Source of the DNA: Octopus vulgaris
Taxonomy: Eukaryota
Length of the DNA stretch: 64,000 nucleotides
Direction of reading: 5' to 3'
Assembly: GCA_951406725.2 (NCBI GenBank)
Contig: OX597827.1
Span: forward strand, 80,290,001 to 80,354,000
The notes under the pieces were generated by a model that did not search any database, had not been told where the DNA came from, and worked only from the letters and a program-made list of their open reading frames with translations. Made by a program: the position numbers and the translations under genes. This document shows positions 22,707 through 35,764 of the stretch, piece by piece. Position 1 is the first letter of the stretch. Each line of letters begins with the position of its first letter.

Positions 22707-25073
22707 CTGTGCTGACTTGAGAATATTTCTTGTTATAATTGGTGCTTTGTATTTGTTCTGAGCTAAGTTTTCAGGATAAAGTTGATGTTTTGTTCGTTTT
22801 GGAAGAACATTTCTACTGATTAGATTCTCAGAATTCATTAATCCAATTGGATTGTTTGTTTGGATTAGGAGTTGTCTCATTTCAGAGTTGTATGGTGGTT
22901 TCTTCCCTGTTCTTACTGTAGTCGTTCCATGTTTAACACACCTAACAATACACAGCGTAATAGAAACAACAATAACAACAAATACTATTACAGCTGCTGC
23001 AACAATGATAATCAATAGTGTTACATCAATGAAGTTATCTGATTGTAACTGGACAGCTGTCAACATTGGAGATGTTTTATTGCTAACAGTGAGTGTCAGG
23101 GAAACTGTAGTTGTGGCTGACTGCATCGGTGTACCACTGTCTTTGACAAGGAACACCAGCTCATATGCTCCTGCATCGTCCAGGTAAACTTTACGAGAAA
23201 AAGACACCACACCAGAATGAGGTTTTATTGCAAACAGGTTTTTGTCATTGCCCTTAAAGAATCCATATGTGAGGAAAGCATTGTTTCCATTGTCCCTGTC
23301 AGAAGCTCTTAGAACAGTTATGTCTTTTTTACCTCGTGGAAAGTAATGGACATCTAGATTGTAAGGGTCAACACTAGGAAAGGTGAAAAATGGTGCATTA
23401 TCATTTTGATCTAAAATTTCAACCACAACATTTGCTGTGTCATTGAGAGAAGGCGTTCCATTATCTTTCACAAACACTTGGAACTTATATACATCATGTT
23501 TCTCTCTGTCCAATGACATCGTAGTTGAAATAAATCCATAGCTAGTAATTACAAAAGGAAGTGAAGGCTTATCCTTGTTTGATAAAAAATATGTCAGTTG
23601 ACCTCCTGGTCCTAAATCAAGGTCAGTGGCATTGACAAAACCAATAGGGAAGTCTTTATCTTTATTTTCATAGGTAAGAAACTGGAAGGTATCTTTGGTA
23701 AATTTTGGTTGTACATCATTAATGTCAGTCACTTGGATGGATAAATTTTCTGTTGATACGAGAGGAGGTAGACCTTTATCCTGACAGGAGAGAGTGATTT
23801 TGTAATGGTCTTGTGTCTCTCTATCAATTGGCTTTTCAAGAACTAAGTTGTATTCCTTAGACCCCATTGACCGTAGTTTAAATTTGTCATGTTTGATATC
23901 ACAACTGACCTGCCCATTAAGTCCCACATCATTGTCAGTGACCATCACATAAGCAATGAAACTACCGACTTTAATATCTTCAGGAATGGTTGCTGTGTTA
24001 TCATTTTGAGAAGAAATAAAGTTGACATCAATATTTGGAGGGTTGTTGTGTTGGTCAATAACATTTACTAAAACAGTTGCTATGGAACTGAGAGGTGGAC
24101 TGCCCCCATCTCTGGCTTCTACAAATAACTCAGAAAGTGTTATTCCATCCAACTGAGAATTGTAAACCATAAATATCTCTCCAGTCTCTTTATTTAATTG
24201 GAAGTATTTTTTTGAAATTTCAGGCGTTTTTGGACTGAAATAGTAAGAAATTTTCCCATTTTCACCCAGATCTAAATCAGTTGCGGATATCACAACAACT
24301 GGTTTTGTTTTTTCATGAGTGGATTTTAGAGAAATGTTGTATAAAGGTTTGGAAAACACAGGCTGGTTATCATTCTCATCTTCAACTGAGATTACAACAT
24401 TTAATACACTCTGCTTTGGTGGTGTTCCTCCATCTTTGGCAATAACACTAAGTGTAAATGAATCTTGAATTTCTCTGTTTAATGGTTTCTCGAGAATAAT
24501 CCTCAAGGAAGAGATGCCATCTGCTCTTTTGAAAACAGATAAGGAAAAAGGCTCGTCTTCTTTTTTCTTCAGTTTATATTCTATAAGTGAATTCTGAAAC
24601 CCAAGATCTCTGTCTATTGCATTTGGTAGAGATTTTACAGTGCCTTGAATATCTGTTTCTGAAAACTTAATATTGACTTGTTCCAGAGGAAACTCTGGTT
24701 GATGATCATTGATATCTTCTATTATTATTTTGATTTTCAAAATTTTTGTGAAACTTTTTGTTTTTCGAACTGCAACTTTGACTATTCTAAAACATTTTTT
24801 GTTATATGTACACAAAGACTCAGCGTCCAGTATTTGAGCTGTGTAAAGCTTTCCTTGTTTTGTAACATTGAACAGTTGTGTTAACTTTTCTTTCAACTGA
24901 CTGAATGTTATCAGACTTTGTTCTGATGACTTGATAGTGTCCAAAAAAGTTGAGTCAGCAGCAATATCTGCAATGTATGTTCCTGAAGGTTTCTCTTCTT
25001 GCACTCGGTAGGTTAGATCTATCGTTAGACAGTCATGCAAGAGTGACAGTACTATACACAGTGATAGAAACAT
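22707..25073 (-). CDS. Pcdh: Protocadherin (cephalopod-type), large coding exon: signal peptide, EC1-EC6, transmembrane helix, proximal cytoplasmic tail
   Basis: Within the 830-aa ORF 22653..25145. ATG at 25073 begins a hydrophobic signal peptide (MFLSLCIVLSLLHDCLT). Cadherin motifs DINDHQPEF, DENDNQPVF, DINDVQPKF, DQNDNAPFF, LNRE/IDRE/LDRE, DxD; EC1 C-x5-C (CTYNKKC); TM VTLLIIIVAAAVIVFVVIVVSITLCIV. Acceptor ttttctattttag|A at 25130/25129 upstream of the ATG; phase-0 donor CAG|GTAAAT at 22707/22706 (789 codons). Symbol is family-level only. Confidence 0.95.
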
Positions 25074-25569
25074 ATTTCTGCTTAGTACTGCTCTCGACTG
25101 AAGATATTGGGTTTTGGTTGCAATAATTTCTAAAATAGAAAACAAACAGAAACAATATCAAAATGTATTCAAACAAATTTTGTTTATAATTTATATTTAA
25201 TGATAATCAATAAATCAATTAAGATTAAAAAAACCAATTAAAACAAATAGTTAATATTTTCAGTCATAAAGTTTCTATGGCGTGTGTAGAAAATTAAGAA
25301 CAGCTGTAATCCATCCATCAACAGTGATAGCAACAACAACAACAACAACAACCACATCAGTGCCACTGCCTTCATCACCAATGTTTCAAGAATGTAGCAG
25401 AAACTGTAGCAGTTGATGCCACCAGTGTATTGATAATGACTAGCAATGCCATTTTCCCTGCCAACAAGCAACACCTTCACCATCAGTAAAAAAAACCAAT
25501 ACTGTCATCAGCATCATCATCATCACTATTACCATATTCATTGTGACTGCCAGAATCATCAACAAACAT

Positions 25570-25609
<40 letters not shown>

Positions 25610-28600
25610 TGAACAAAAGGGCTGCAGAAGCTAACTCCTTTGCAAGAACGGCAAAAATAACCAAAGCACATCTAACGCAACAGAAGCTCAAGGGGTCTTT
25701 CATAAAGATGACAGGGGAGGGTAGCAGAGTTTTGGAGAAAACTACCAGGAGAAAGATGAAATACCAGTGCACAATGGTTAAGGGCTGTTTGGATGAAACA
25801 AGTCACACATAACTAAGTAGAGAAGTGCTCGAGAAAGATATGAAGCAATGTCACTCATGCATGATTGTGAGACAGCGGATTTTGACTCTTTTTAGAAACT
25901 CATACACAGAGGCACTCTACTATCTGATGCAGGAGAGACAAATTTACCCTCAATTCTACATAGATGAGTTAATGAGTGAAGGTGTTGGATGTGGCCATAA
26001 AAGTTGAACATTTAGTGAATGATGACATACATTGTCCTGGACTGAGAGGAACAAATCCTAAAAGTAAAACATTGCATTGACCTGAAATTAGAACGGAAAT
26101 TATGATCTAGGTAGACACCAATAATGTGGACAAGATTCTACACCAAGCAGACCTCCAAAATGTATCCAACTGCCTGTCATTATAGAAGGTAAAAGGCTGA
26201 TATGCCAGACACATGAAAGCACCATAAAACCTGTTTGAGGAGATAATAAATAACCAAAAATATACCAATGAAAGGAGACATTTTCCCCTTTGCCCAAGTT
26301 TTCATTGTCTTTCTCCAGATCCAGATGGAGGAGAAGGTGAGAGTAGAAAGGGAGATGTTACTCTCCAGTAATTATTTTTTTTAACAGGGAGAGGGTATGA
26401 TCCTAGTGAATATACCTTTCCTCAGTATTTGTAGGCCAGAGAAAAACAGCTGAGAGAGAGAGATGTGCTCTTTCATATGTAATAGTGGAGGAATACGAAA
26501 TGGAGAAAAGATGAGGTAGATGCATTGGAAAAACATGAAAATCCCTGATTATGATGGAAGGCAAATATCAGTCATTTAGTCATAAGTCTGGAAGAGAGAA
26601 CTTATTGACATTTCTGATTGTGTGGAAGAAGATTGAAGGCTTTTACCTTGTAAAAGGTGAAGAACTACTTAAATATGTTGTAATAGAATTAGAACTTAAT
26701 TAGTATTGAACTTCAAGAGGAGACTGTATAGCAAAATGTGATAATTTATGGAATAAAAAGAGCATTATCAGTGATACTTGTAGTAAAAGAATTATGACTT
26801 GTTAAACTTGAAGAGAAATCTGTAGAATAAATTGCAAAAGGATGTCTAAGAAGAAATGCAGTGACATGGATAGTTACACAAAGGTAGGAAGAAAGTCAGA
26901 AATCAGGAATCAAGAGGGAAGCAAGTTTGAGTGAAGATTGAAAGAAAGAAACAATTTGTTCAAAGCTGTTCAAGATCAAACAGTAAATATTATTTCCGTG
27001 GCTAAGCATATGTAAGCAATACGAACAAGTGTAAAATATCGATTATGCTGTAGCAGATTGTAGACTATTAGCAGAGAAAGGTCAATCTGAATTTAAATTG
27101 GTCACTTTGTAGATAATATGGATACAACACTTCAGATGAGTGGTACAATCACATACCAGAATGAATCTAGTATAGCAAAGATTCTATGGGGGTATTGACA
27201 CTCAGACTAACAGAATAACCAGACTTCAAAGACATTATACATGACATGGAATATAAGAATACTTCAATGAGGGACATTGCAATTCCTTCAGAGAAAATGT
27301 TGCAAAGCAGAAAAGAATTGCAAAGTTTAATGAATTAAAAGTAGAAATGGTAAATGTGATGTGTGATGCTCAGCAGCATAACTGAAAATCGTATCAATTA
27401 TTACAGGTACGTTGGGTTCAATCACCCCACCTGAAATTATCATACCCAGCTTCAAACACCTGATATTCTTAGAAAAGTACTTTCTACATAAACTTTCTTC
27501 TTGGCTCAAATATTGACATTTAGTTTAAAGAAAAAGAAAAAAAGATCCATACTGAGCAATAGAGAAATAAAAACTAGACTCTAAAAATGTTGTTACAGAA
27601 TGCCATTCTACAGCAATGCTAAGAAAACCTGCTGCATGACTGATACCTGCAAACAGGGAAAAGGGAGCAAATAGACAAAGAAAAATCACAACATTGACTG
27701 AGAAGCACTGGACTCACAGCTGAAAGTGAAGGGTTCTTGGTTGGGTCACAGGGTTAAAGCTTTTCAATCAGAAACCCCCCCAAAAATCAGGTAATATGTA
27801 TACATTAAGTAACTATAGAGTATGTGGAGGCTGGGAAGAGACTGTTAGTTACATCCTATCTGGCTGCTCAGTCTTAGCAAAGAAAGAGCACATCTCCAGA
27901 CCAATAGAGTTAGGGTTTTCATACTGGAAGTCATAACAGAATTATGACACTCCAGCAAAAAAGAGTTAGAATAAACAGACACCAAGAAAAGTTTTATAGA
28001 ATAACAAAGTGTTTATATTCATGGATGTGCCCCTACACACACGCACACAAAGATGGTGGAATCAAGGCTAATTAATTGGCTATTTTTGTCGAGGAAAGGA
28101 AGCACCTTTGGATTAGATATCAGTCCCAAAAGATGATATACATCTCTATAAGAAATGAGAAAATTAAACAAATATGAAGATCTGGAAATAGAGATATCCA
28201 GAAAGGGAAACTACACTCCTTATAATAAATGCTTTGAGATTTCTTGAATCTCATCATTTAATGTTTGTTTTTCATGCTGGTATGAGTTGGACAGTTTGAC
28301 AGGAGCTGGCCAGTTGAAGAACTGCCTGGTTTCCATGCCTGTTTCAACATGGATAACTAGGAATCATCCAGACAGGTATTTTAAACAAAACATAGTGGTG
28401 ATGATGGGTGAGGGGCACTAGCATAGCTATAGTGTGTGCCACCTGGGGTGGCCCTTCCATTTGCTGCATTTGGACCCCACAAAAGAAAACACATATTGCC
28501 TACAGAAGACCCAAAAGTAGCGCCCCATTAAAAGTGCCGCCTGGGGTGCCCCCCCTGCCATCCTCCTCCCCTCTTGCTATGTTCGTGGTGAGTGGATAGA

Positions 28601-29117
28601 CATTTGGAAAAATATGGATTAAAAAGTTTTATTTTAAAGAAACTCTGCTCATGAGTAATTTGAAACATGGGATATTCATGAAATGTGGGAAAATGCTGAA
28701 AAATTCCCAGAAATTCCGATTTATGTAAGACAGCTATTCTGGAAGTCTGACAAATACAAAATTAAATGCCTTCTTTTAAAAAAATTTGTAATGATAGAGT
28801 TTCTAAAATATGAATATGAAAAAATCGTTGAAAGCACAGAAAATCAAAGAAATTGGTTTGGTAAAATGATGAGTTCCAACTGAATACTCCACAAATTCTA
28901 AAAATATATATATGAATCTATATTTATAATGACTTAATTTAACCATTGTAGGAGTCTATTGATTGACGTCTATGTTTAAAGTAAATATACAAAGAGAAAT
29001 TGTAAAGTTTGTCTGATACTGAAAAGTTAGGAAATTTTAATAATTTTGATAAAATCAAACTTTACTTAGAACAAAAGTCAAAATACCGATTATGGAAAAT
29101 AAGAAATAATCTCTTAC

Positions 29118-29235
29118 CTTTACCTTAAAAAATACAAACTCAAGACAACAATTGTTTGAAATACATCGGAATTATAATTGCAAATAATTTGTTTAGTGAA
29201 GTAACGAGCCCCACCCAGCCTTTCTCTCTCTCTCT
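29118..29235 (-). promoter_or_regulatory. Candidate promoter / non-coding first exon of the protocadherin
   Basis: Minus strand reads (GA)n, then GGGTGGGG (GT-box-like), about 90 nt of unique sequence, then tandem donors AAG|GTAAAG and AAG|GTAAGAG (29124/29123, 29118/29117). The acceptor at 25129 requires an upstream exon. Confidence 0.35.
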
Positions 29236-29404
29236 TTCTGTGTGTGTGTGTATGCACTCACACACATAATCACAGGCGTACACACATACACATAATTAGA
29301 AGAAAAAAATGTGTGTGTGTGTATGTGAATACATAAATGTAGGTATACATATGAGGATGAACAAAGATATATAGATTTATATAAGATAGACACGTAATAT
29401 ATAT

Positions 29405-29660
29405 TGGATTCAGTACCACTACGTAGCACTTTAGACACGTCTTCTACCCTAGCCTTGGGCTGACCAAAGCCTTGTGAGTGGATTTGGTAGAGGGAAACTG
29501 AAAGAAGCCTGTTGTGTATGTATGTGTGTGTGCCTTTGTCACCTATCACCACTAGACAACTGGTGGTGGTGTGTGTATTTAAGTCCCCTTAACTTAGCGG
29601 TTTGGCAAAAGAAATCAATAGAATATGTACCAAGTTTTAAAAAATAAGTTCTTGGGTATA
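29405..29660 (+). mobile_element. Partial SINE copy
   Basis: ccaaagccttgtgagtggatttggtag..gaaactgaaagaagcc body. Confidence 0.7.
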
Positions 29661-30209
29661 TATATATATGTATGTATATATATGTATATATTAAAAATGG
29701 GGAAGGCTGGTTTATGGGATTACCTTAGGTTTCCCATCCATAAAGGGTTTAGCTTTATGATGTATCATGAGATCCCAAGAACTGAATGTGTGTATTTCCT
29801 TTGAATTTTGTTATTTTGTTGTTGCTACTACTCTTGTTGTTGTTCACACAGCTTTTGGTCAGTAATATGTCTTTCTTGGAAATTCTCTGGGGAATTTTAT
29901 GGCCAACTTTGTCTGTAAACTTTTGCGGGATTTTTTCCTTTATTTTTGTTCTTGTTTTGAGAAGAAAACCAACTTCAAACTTTGTACAGATCGATTTTTA
30001 AGCACTATTTTCTAAACCTGACAAAAGTCAGTTGGTGGGTGTTGCCAACAAACGCCTCCTTTTGACTGCCCCATTATTGCCCAAGGAGACAGTACTACCC
30101 ACTTTGGGAATCACTAATTTAGGTGATTTCCAATTTGACTGTATAAAGATTTTAGATACTATTATTATTATGATTGTTGTTGTTGTGTTTTATATGAAGC
30201 TGTTCCAAG

Positions 30210-30965
30210 TCTCACCTAGAGACCTCAAGTAAAGACAAATTGGATGTTTTTCCATGGGTGCTGTTTATGACTAGCATGTTAATAACACCTAGAAGGAGGT
30301 GCTTTTTCCAAAGTGAAAGGAGCTTTGGCCACAAGGAACTGATATCATCAGACAGCATCCAATGTTTATTGAGTGTTTCAACCCTGAACTGTACCACCCT
30401 CTTGTTGGTGGGTCAGCAGAGCTGGCCAAATCACTGCTCTTCATCTCCTCCTGGTTTCCAGCTTAACTCCTCTCTCTAGCTCCAAAGTCTATGAGAGGCT
30501 CTTTCAGCTGCCTCTCCCATCCTGCACACAGTCACACTTAACTCTTTTCCTCTCACTCCAGTGGTTGTAAGCATCCTCTATGCTGACTGAACTGGGAACT
30601 CCCTACAGCCAACCTCGACCAGGAAAAGCCACACCTACCATCCTTTCTCCCTGCAATCCTGCAGAAGGCTCCCATATTTGGCCTGCTTCCATTCATGGTC
30701 CTCAGTTAAGATCAGACCACAAAACCACATCTGGCCTCAGGGTTGTGTGGACAACCTGGGCAAACTGCAGTCTCTCCCTTAGGTCCACTTCATATCCCAT
30801 GGTTGGGATCCCTGCTGCCAGCTGTGTGTCATTTTTACTCTCTCTTCTTCTTCTTTCATGAACTTAATTGCCGCTGTTGCTTTCCCTTGATGATGATGTC
30901 TTTTCAGCCTTTCCCGCTCCAGGGCATAAGTGTTGCAAGCACCATATCATGGCGCTACTTGTATC
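30210..30965 (-). pseudogene. R2-Hero-like LINE 3' end (endonuclease and 3'UTR)
   Basis: RHDMVL, LRPDVVLWS, VEVGCREFP, AAERASHRLW motifs. Confidence 0.65.
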
Positions 30966-31149
30966 TTCTTTGAGAAAGTGCTATTCTGTATCCTGACAAG
31001 ATGAGTGCCAGTGAAGGGAAAAGAAACTAGATTCTAAGAATTAAGAGTCTGTTAAATTTGTAATATTTTCCATTTTAAGGGAACTAGATGCTTTCAGGTT
31101 GACTGCTTTTTTTAAAGATGCAAGCAGTACCCCTGATGCATAGATATAT

Positions 31150-32320
31150 TGCCCAGAGAATGTAACTGTCGACACAATCATGCCTGTATATATATACTCA
31201 GTTTAGCAAGGACTGGGCAACTGAGGAGGATGTGGTCAATTGCCTTGTTGTTTTGGTTGCACATCCTACATTTGATGTTAGGATCTGTTTCCATGATTTT
31301 ATTTTTTACGCTTGTTTGTGACCCAGCAAGGATCAGTCCTCCTGTTTCTATTTTAGGCTGGGACATTGGTGCCATTGTTGACTTCCACTTTGGCTTACTT
31401 ATTTATTGAACCTTGCAAGATATTGACCATGTTGTGGTTTTTCTCACCAGTATATTTTATAATTTTATTTTCTTGCTATTTTTTGTATGTTTTACCATAT
31501 ATGAGCTGAAGTCAACTTTGGTTTTCTTCATTCGTGGGCTGAAAAATATAGTTCCAGTTAAGTAGTGGGGTCAATATAAATGACTAAACCTTTCCTTTAA
31601 ATTTCAGTCCTTTTGCTCCTGTTCAAAACAACTATTATTATCATATTCTGGCTTGGATCAACTTGTCTCTTATTCTTCTGAGGCCAATAAGTACTAGGAC
31701 CAGTCAAGCACTGGAGTCAGTGCCATCGTTTATTCCCCTCTCTTCTTATTTCTGATTTAGAAACCATTATATTATTATTATTATTATCATCTTCTTTCAA
31801 TTCTGTTCCCATTTCTTGCTGAGTGTCTTCCCGACACCTAACACAAAGAAGCTCACTGTATACATTGTTAGGCCATTAAAATAAACACACCAGATTGTCC
31901 ATTTACAAAGTCATGTGACAGAGAAAATAGGAAGAAAGATAGAGAGAAAAAATTAAAAATTAGAATGTAAACAAAGAAAATAAGGGGGAAATAGGAAAGA
32001 AAATTCACAGCGACATTGCTCTTCTCCATTTGTGTGACTTTACCAGTTAAGACAATTTTTTGCACTTCCTGCATGGATGGTAAGCCAGGGATCATTCTTA
32101 AATAATTTTCAGTTCCTTTCTTTGATCATTCCAAGTGCTCCTACAATCACTGCTATTGCAACTGTCTTGAGATGCCACATCTTTTCAATTTCAATTAGCA
32201 AATCTTTATATTTTCTGAGCTTATCAAATTCTCTTGCCAAGATATTATGATCACAGGGGGTGCTCATGTCAATTAATAAACAGACTTTATTATTTTGGTC
32301 TTTCACAACAATATTTGCTT
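31150..32320 (-). pseudogene. R4/Dong-like LINE 3' fragments (zinc knuckle and endonuclease)
   Basis: CRMCNQNNKAIDHILLSCPVLA; KVCLLIDMSTPCDHN..KLRKYKDLLIEIEKMWHL; MQEVQKIVLTG. Confidence 0.75.
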
Positions 32321-32324
32321 TATT

Positions 32325-32509
32325 CTTTTATTTGTTTCAGTCATTTGACTATGGCCATGCTGAGGCACCACCTTTAGTCAAACAAATCAGCCCCAGGACT
32401 TATTCTTTGTAAGCCTTGTCCTTATTCTATAGGTCTCTTTTGCCAAACTGCTATGTTATGGGAACATAAACACACCAACATCGGTTGTCAAGCAATGGTG
32501 AGGGGAATA

Positions 32510-32558
<49 letters not shown>

Positions 32559-32710
32559 ATAGGCTTCCTTCAGTTTCTGTCTACCAAATCCACTCACAAG
32601 GCTTTGGTCAGCCCAAGACTATAGTAGAAGACATTTGCCCAAAGTGCCACGCAGTGGGACTGAACCTGGAACCATGTGATTGGGAAGCAAGCTTCTTACC
32701 ACACAACCAT
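32325..32710 (-). mobile_element. tRNA-derived SINE copy inserted between LINE fragments
   Basis: Reverse complement of the 633-1040 family. Confidence 0.8.
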
Positions 32711-32733
32711 TGTTGTTGATGGTCTGGTCTGTA

Positions 32734-32769
<36 letters not shown>

Positions 32770-33944
32770 TTCATATACACACAACAGATTAGATTGTTGG
32801 AAAAACTTTCCTAACATCAAGTTAGAATCCTACAACAAGTAACTTTAGATGTCAAGAACCTTCCTAAGTGTCCTCACTTTGCTGAATAATACTATTTTCT
32901 GGAGCTGCACTAAACTAGATTTTATACCTATTTCCGCTATTCAACTGTTCAAATCTTTAGGAATAATTCCTAATGCATCTTTAACTACAGGGATACATTT
33001 TATCTGCACTTTCCATAACCTCTGTAACAAAATGGCTGGCTCCTGGTACTTTGCTATTTTCTCTACACTTCTCATATTGACTTAGGACTGTAAAGTCAAG
33101 TACTGGCACTTTCTATTCTCTTCAGGCTATCTAGTTGCTAATACTTTGTCTGTCTGAATGTTAAAATCCCACATCTTATATTTCTTTCTTTCTGGCACTT
33201 TACCAGGTTTATGTTCATACCACTTACCAGTGTAATAAAGTCCTAGCTTTCTGCTCAACTCCCAGTGGATTACTCTCTCTAGTTTGTCATGTTTTCTTGT
33301 ATTCTTTCATACTACATTCACTAACTATAACCTCCTTTAATTTACATAATCTACATTGGGAATCGACCTGATTTTTGTCTATCTTGGCTCTTATTCAATT
33401 AGTCTTTAATGCTTGATCCTGTGCTGATACTTGCAAACTTTCTGCCTCCTTTTTCAGCCTTCCTTTCTGCAACCACAACCATGTCTCACTATTACTATTT
33501 TCTGCCACTCTCTTTGGAAATCTACCATGCAGGGACTTCTCTTGTCAGTCAGATAATCTTACTTCTTTTTTCTATTTTTTAACCTCATTTAGCTTTTTGA
33601 TTTCTTTATCTTCTACTGTTATTCTAGCAACTCTTGACAAAATTTCCTCACTATTACCCACACAGGAGGCTATATCGACTCTAGTTAACTCCTCATGTCT
33701 GCTATGTACAAATACTGCTGAATATCTAAGTAGTGATACTGTCCAAGTATTTACAGCCTCCACTAGATTCAGGCCATTTAGCTTCAGCTTCATTAACTTC
33801 CTTACCCTTCTGATGTACTCTTTCTCAATTTTCTCTTTCATTTCAATAGTTAGTACAGTTCTATATTTAAGAGATGAGGAATCATGTACATTATTTACAT
33901 TATTTACTTTTGATGGATATTTGTCCTCATCTTGTTTGTTGTTA

Positions 33945-33989
33945 ACACAATGTTTCTTGCTGATCTACCCTCCAGCCTTCATCAGGTGT
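33945..33989 (-). ncRNA. Degenerate hammerhead (left arm of inverted element)
   Basis: ACAC-CUGAUGA-A-GGCUG gagggUagaU CAGCaa-GAAAC-AUU-GUGU. Stem I ACAC/GUGU intact; stem II base and stem III mutated. Confidence 0.55.
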
Positions 33990-34038
33990 CTTGGGGAAAT
34001 TTCGAACCTGGGTTCTCATTCCTAAGGTAATTTTATTA

Positions 34039-34081
<43 letters not shown>

Positions 34082-34105
34082 CGAGTTCAATTCCAGTCAG
34101 TGACA

Positions 34106-34151
<46 letters not shown>

Positions 34152-34219
34152 TAATAATAATAACAATAACATTGAAAAATACCTTAGGAATGAGAACCCA
34201 GGTTCGATATTTCCCCAAG

Positions 34220-34263
34220 ACACCCGATAAAGGCTGGAGGGTATATCAGCCGAAAAGTTGTGT
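34220..34263 (+). ncRNA. Degenerate hammerhead (right arm of inverted element)
   Basis: ACAC-CCGAUAA-A-GGCUG...CAGCC-GAAAA-GUU-GUGU. Stem II intact, core mutated. Combining both arms gives ACAC CUGAUGA A GGCUG..CAGCC GAAAC GUU GUGU. Confidence 0.5.
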
Positions 34264-35431
34264 TAACAATAAACAAGATGAGGACAAATATCCATTAAAT
34301 GTAAATAATGTACATAATGTCTATAGTTAGTACTCGGTCAGATTCTAATACTCTTAGAAACCTATAACTTTTTTCTTCCCTCAGCGATTACAATGTCTGG
34401 CCATCTGGTAATTGAATGCCTTCACTACTGACTGCCAGTCCCTTTTTTTTGTGACTAATATTGCACACTTATCTACGCCACATTCCATCTTTGCTGAAGA
34501 GACAGTTTGTATTAAGTAATCTGTCTCTTTCTTATTCTTACTAAAAATCTTCAGATCATCCATGTGGAGCAAAAGGTTAATTTTCCCTTTACTATCTCTA
34601 AACTGATGCCCTGCCTTTGCCATTTTTAATACTATATTGAGGGTGATTAATCAACATCATCATCATCATCATTTAATGTCCGTTGTCCATGTTGGCATGG
34701 GTTGGACTGTTTGACCAGGGCTGGCAAGCTGTAAGGCTGCATCAAATTCCAGTCTGATTTGGTATGGTTTCTATGGCTGGATGCCCTTCCAAATGCCAAC
34801 CCTTCCTAACACAAATATTAAAGGGGATAATGAGTTTCCTTGGAAAATTCTTCTCTTGATATTAACTTTCCCTAAGGGATCTGAGAAGGGATCTAATTTC
34901 CATTTCTAAACTATAGCTAATTAACTTTCATATGTTGTCTGCAATACTGAATTTTCCCAATCAGTCACTTATCCGTGAGTGTGGAATCATGTCATAGGCT
35001 TTCTTAGAATCTATCCATGCTATTATTAATTGTTCCTTCTAGTTTTCACTTCTTTTAGGACTGCTTTGTCTATGTATAATAAATCATGTGTTCTTGCAGA
35101 ATTCTTCCTTGCAACCTGTTCTTCTGGAAGTAAATTCTGGCTGTCAAGATGCTCATAAATGCTTTCTGAGAGCATTCCTGTTAACAGCTTCCACACCAAT
35201 GGTAAGCAAATAATTGGTCTATAATTATCAGCTATATTACGCTGGCATTTGCCTTACATAAATAGTAATGTTCAGTCTCTAGTCAGCCAATTAGGTACAA
35301 CTCCTCCATTCAAGTAATCCGGAACTTGTTCCCTCAATCTCCCATGTAAGCTACTAACTTTCTTTAAACAGTACCCTTGAACTAAATCTGGTCCTGGCTC
35401 CTTCCAATTTGACATTCTTACCAACACCTGA

Positions 35432-35560
35432 TTACTATTATTATTATTATTATTATTATCATCATCATTTTCATTATCATCATCATTATTATTATCATCA
35501 TTATCATCATCATCATTATTATTATTATTATTATATTTATTGTTTTTATTATCATTTTTA

Positions 35561-35647
<87 letters not shown>

Positions 35648-35764
35648 TATTATTATTATTATTATTATCATCATCATTATCATCATCATCATTATTATTA
35701 TCATTATTATCATTATATTTATTGTTGTTATTATCATTTTTATCATTATTATTATTATTATTAA
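35432..35764. repeat. Compound (ATT/ATC)n microsatellite, about 330 bp
   Basis: Direct reading; source of the poly-Y/H/I/N pseudo-ORFs. Confidence 0.95.

Larger units (their letters stand above)
33846..34333. mobile_element. Inverted hammerhead element with 11-bp target-site duplication, inserted in an R4/Dong-like LINE
   Basis: Arms about 33885-34030 and 34180-34316 around (ATT)n/(AAT)n; direct repeat ATAGTTAGTAC at 33846-33856 and 34323-34333. Removing it rejoins the LINE frame (..SDRVLT|IEMKEKIEKEY). Confidence 0.8.
32830..35420 (-). pseudogene. Decayed R4/Dong-like (restriction-endonuclease) LINE
   Basis: WIDSKKAYDMIPH, IFQGNSLSPL, NLLLHMDDLKIF, KEYIRRVRKLMKLKLNGLNLVEAVNTWTVSLLRYS, C-terminal QKIV..RTLRKVLDI; interrupted by the 33846-34333 element and a short repeat. 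Confidence 0.8.

Noticed and set aside
25074-25145. N-terminal 24 aa of the 830-aa ORF (TTG start)
   Set aside because: Spans a polypyrimidine tract and AG acceptor; the signal peptide begins at ATG 25073.
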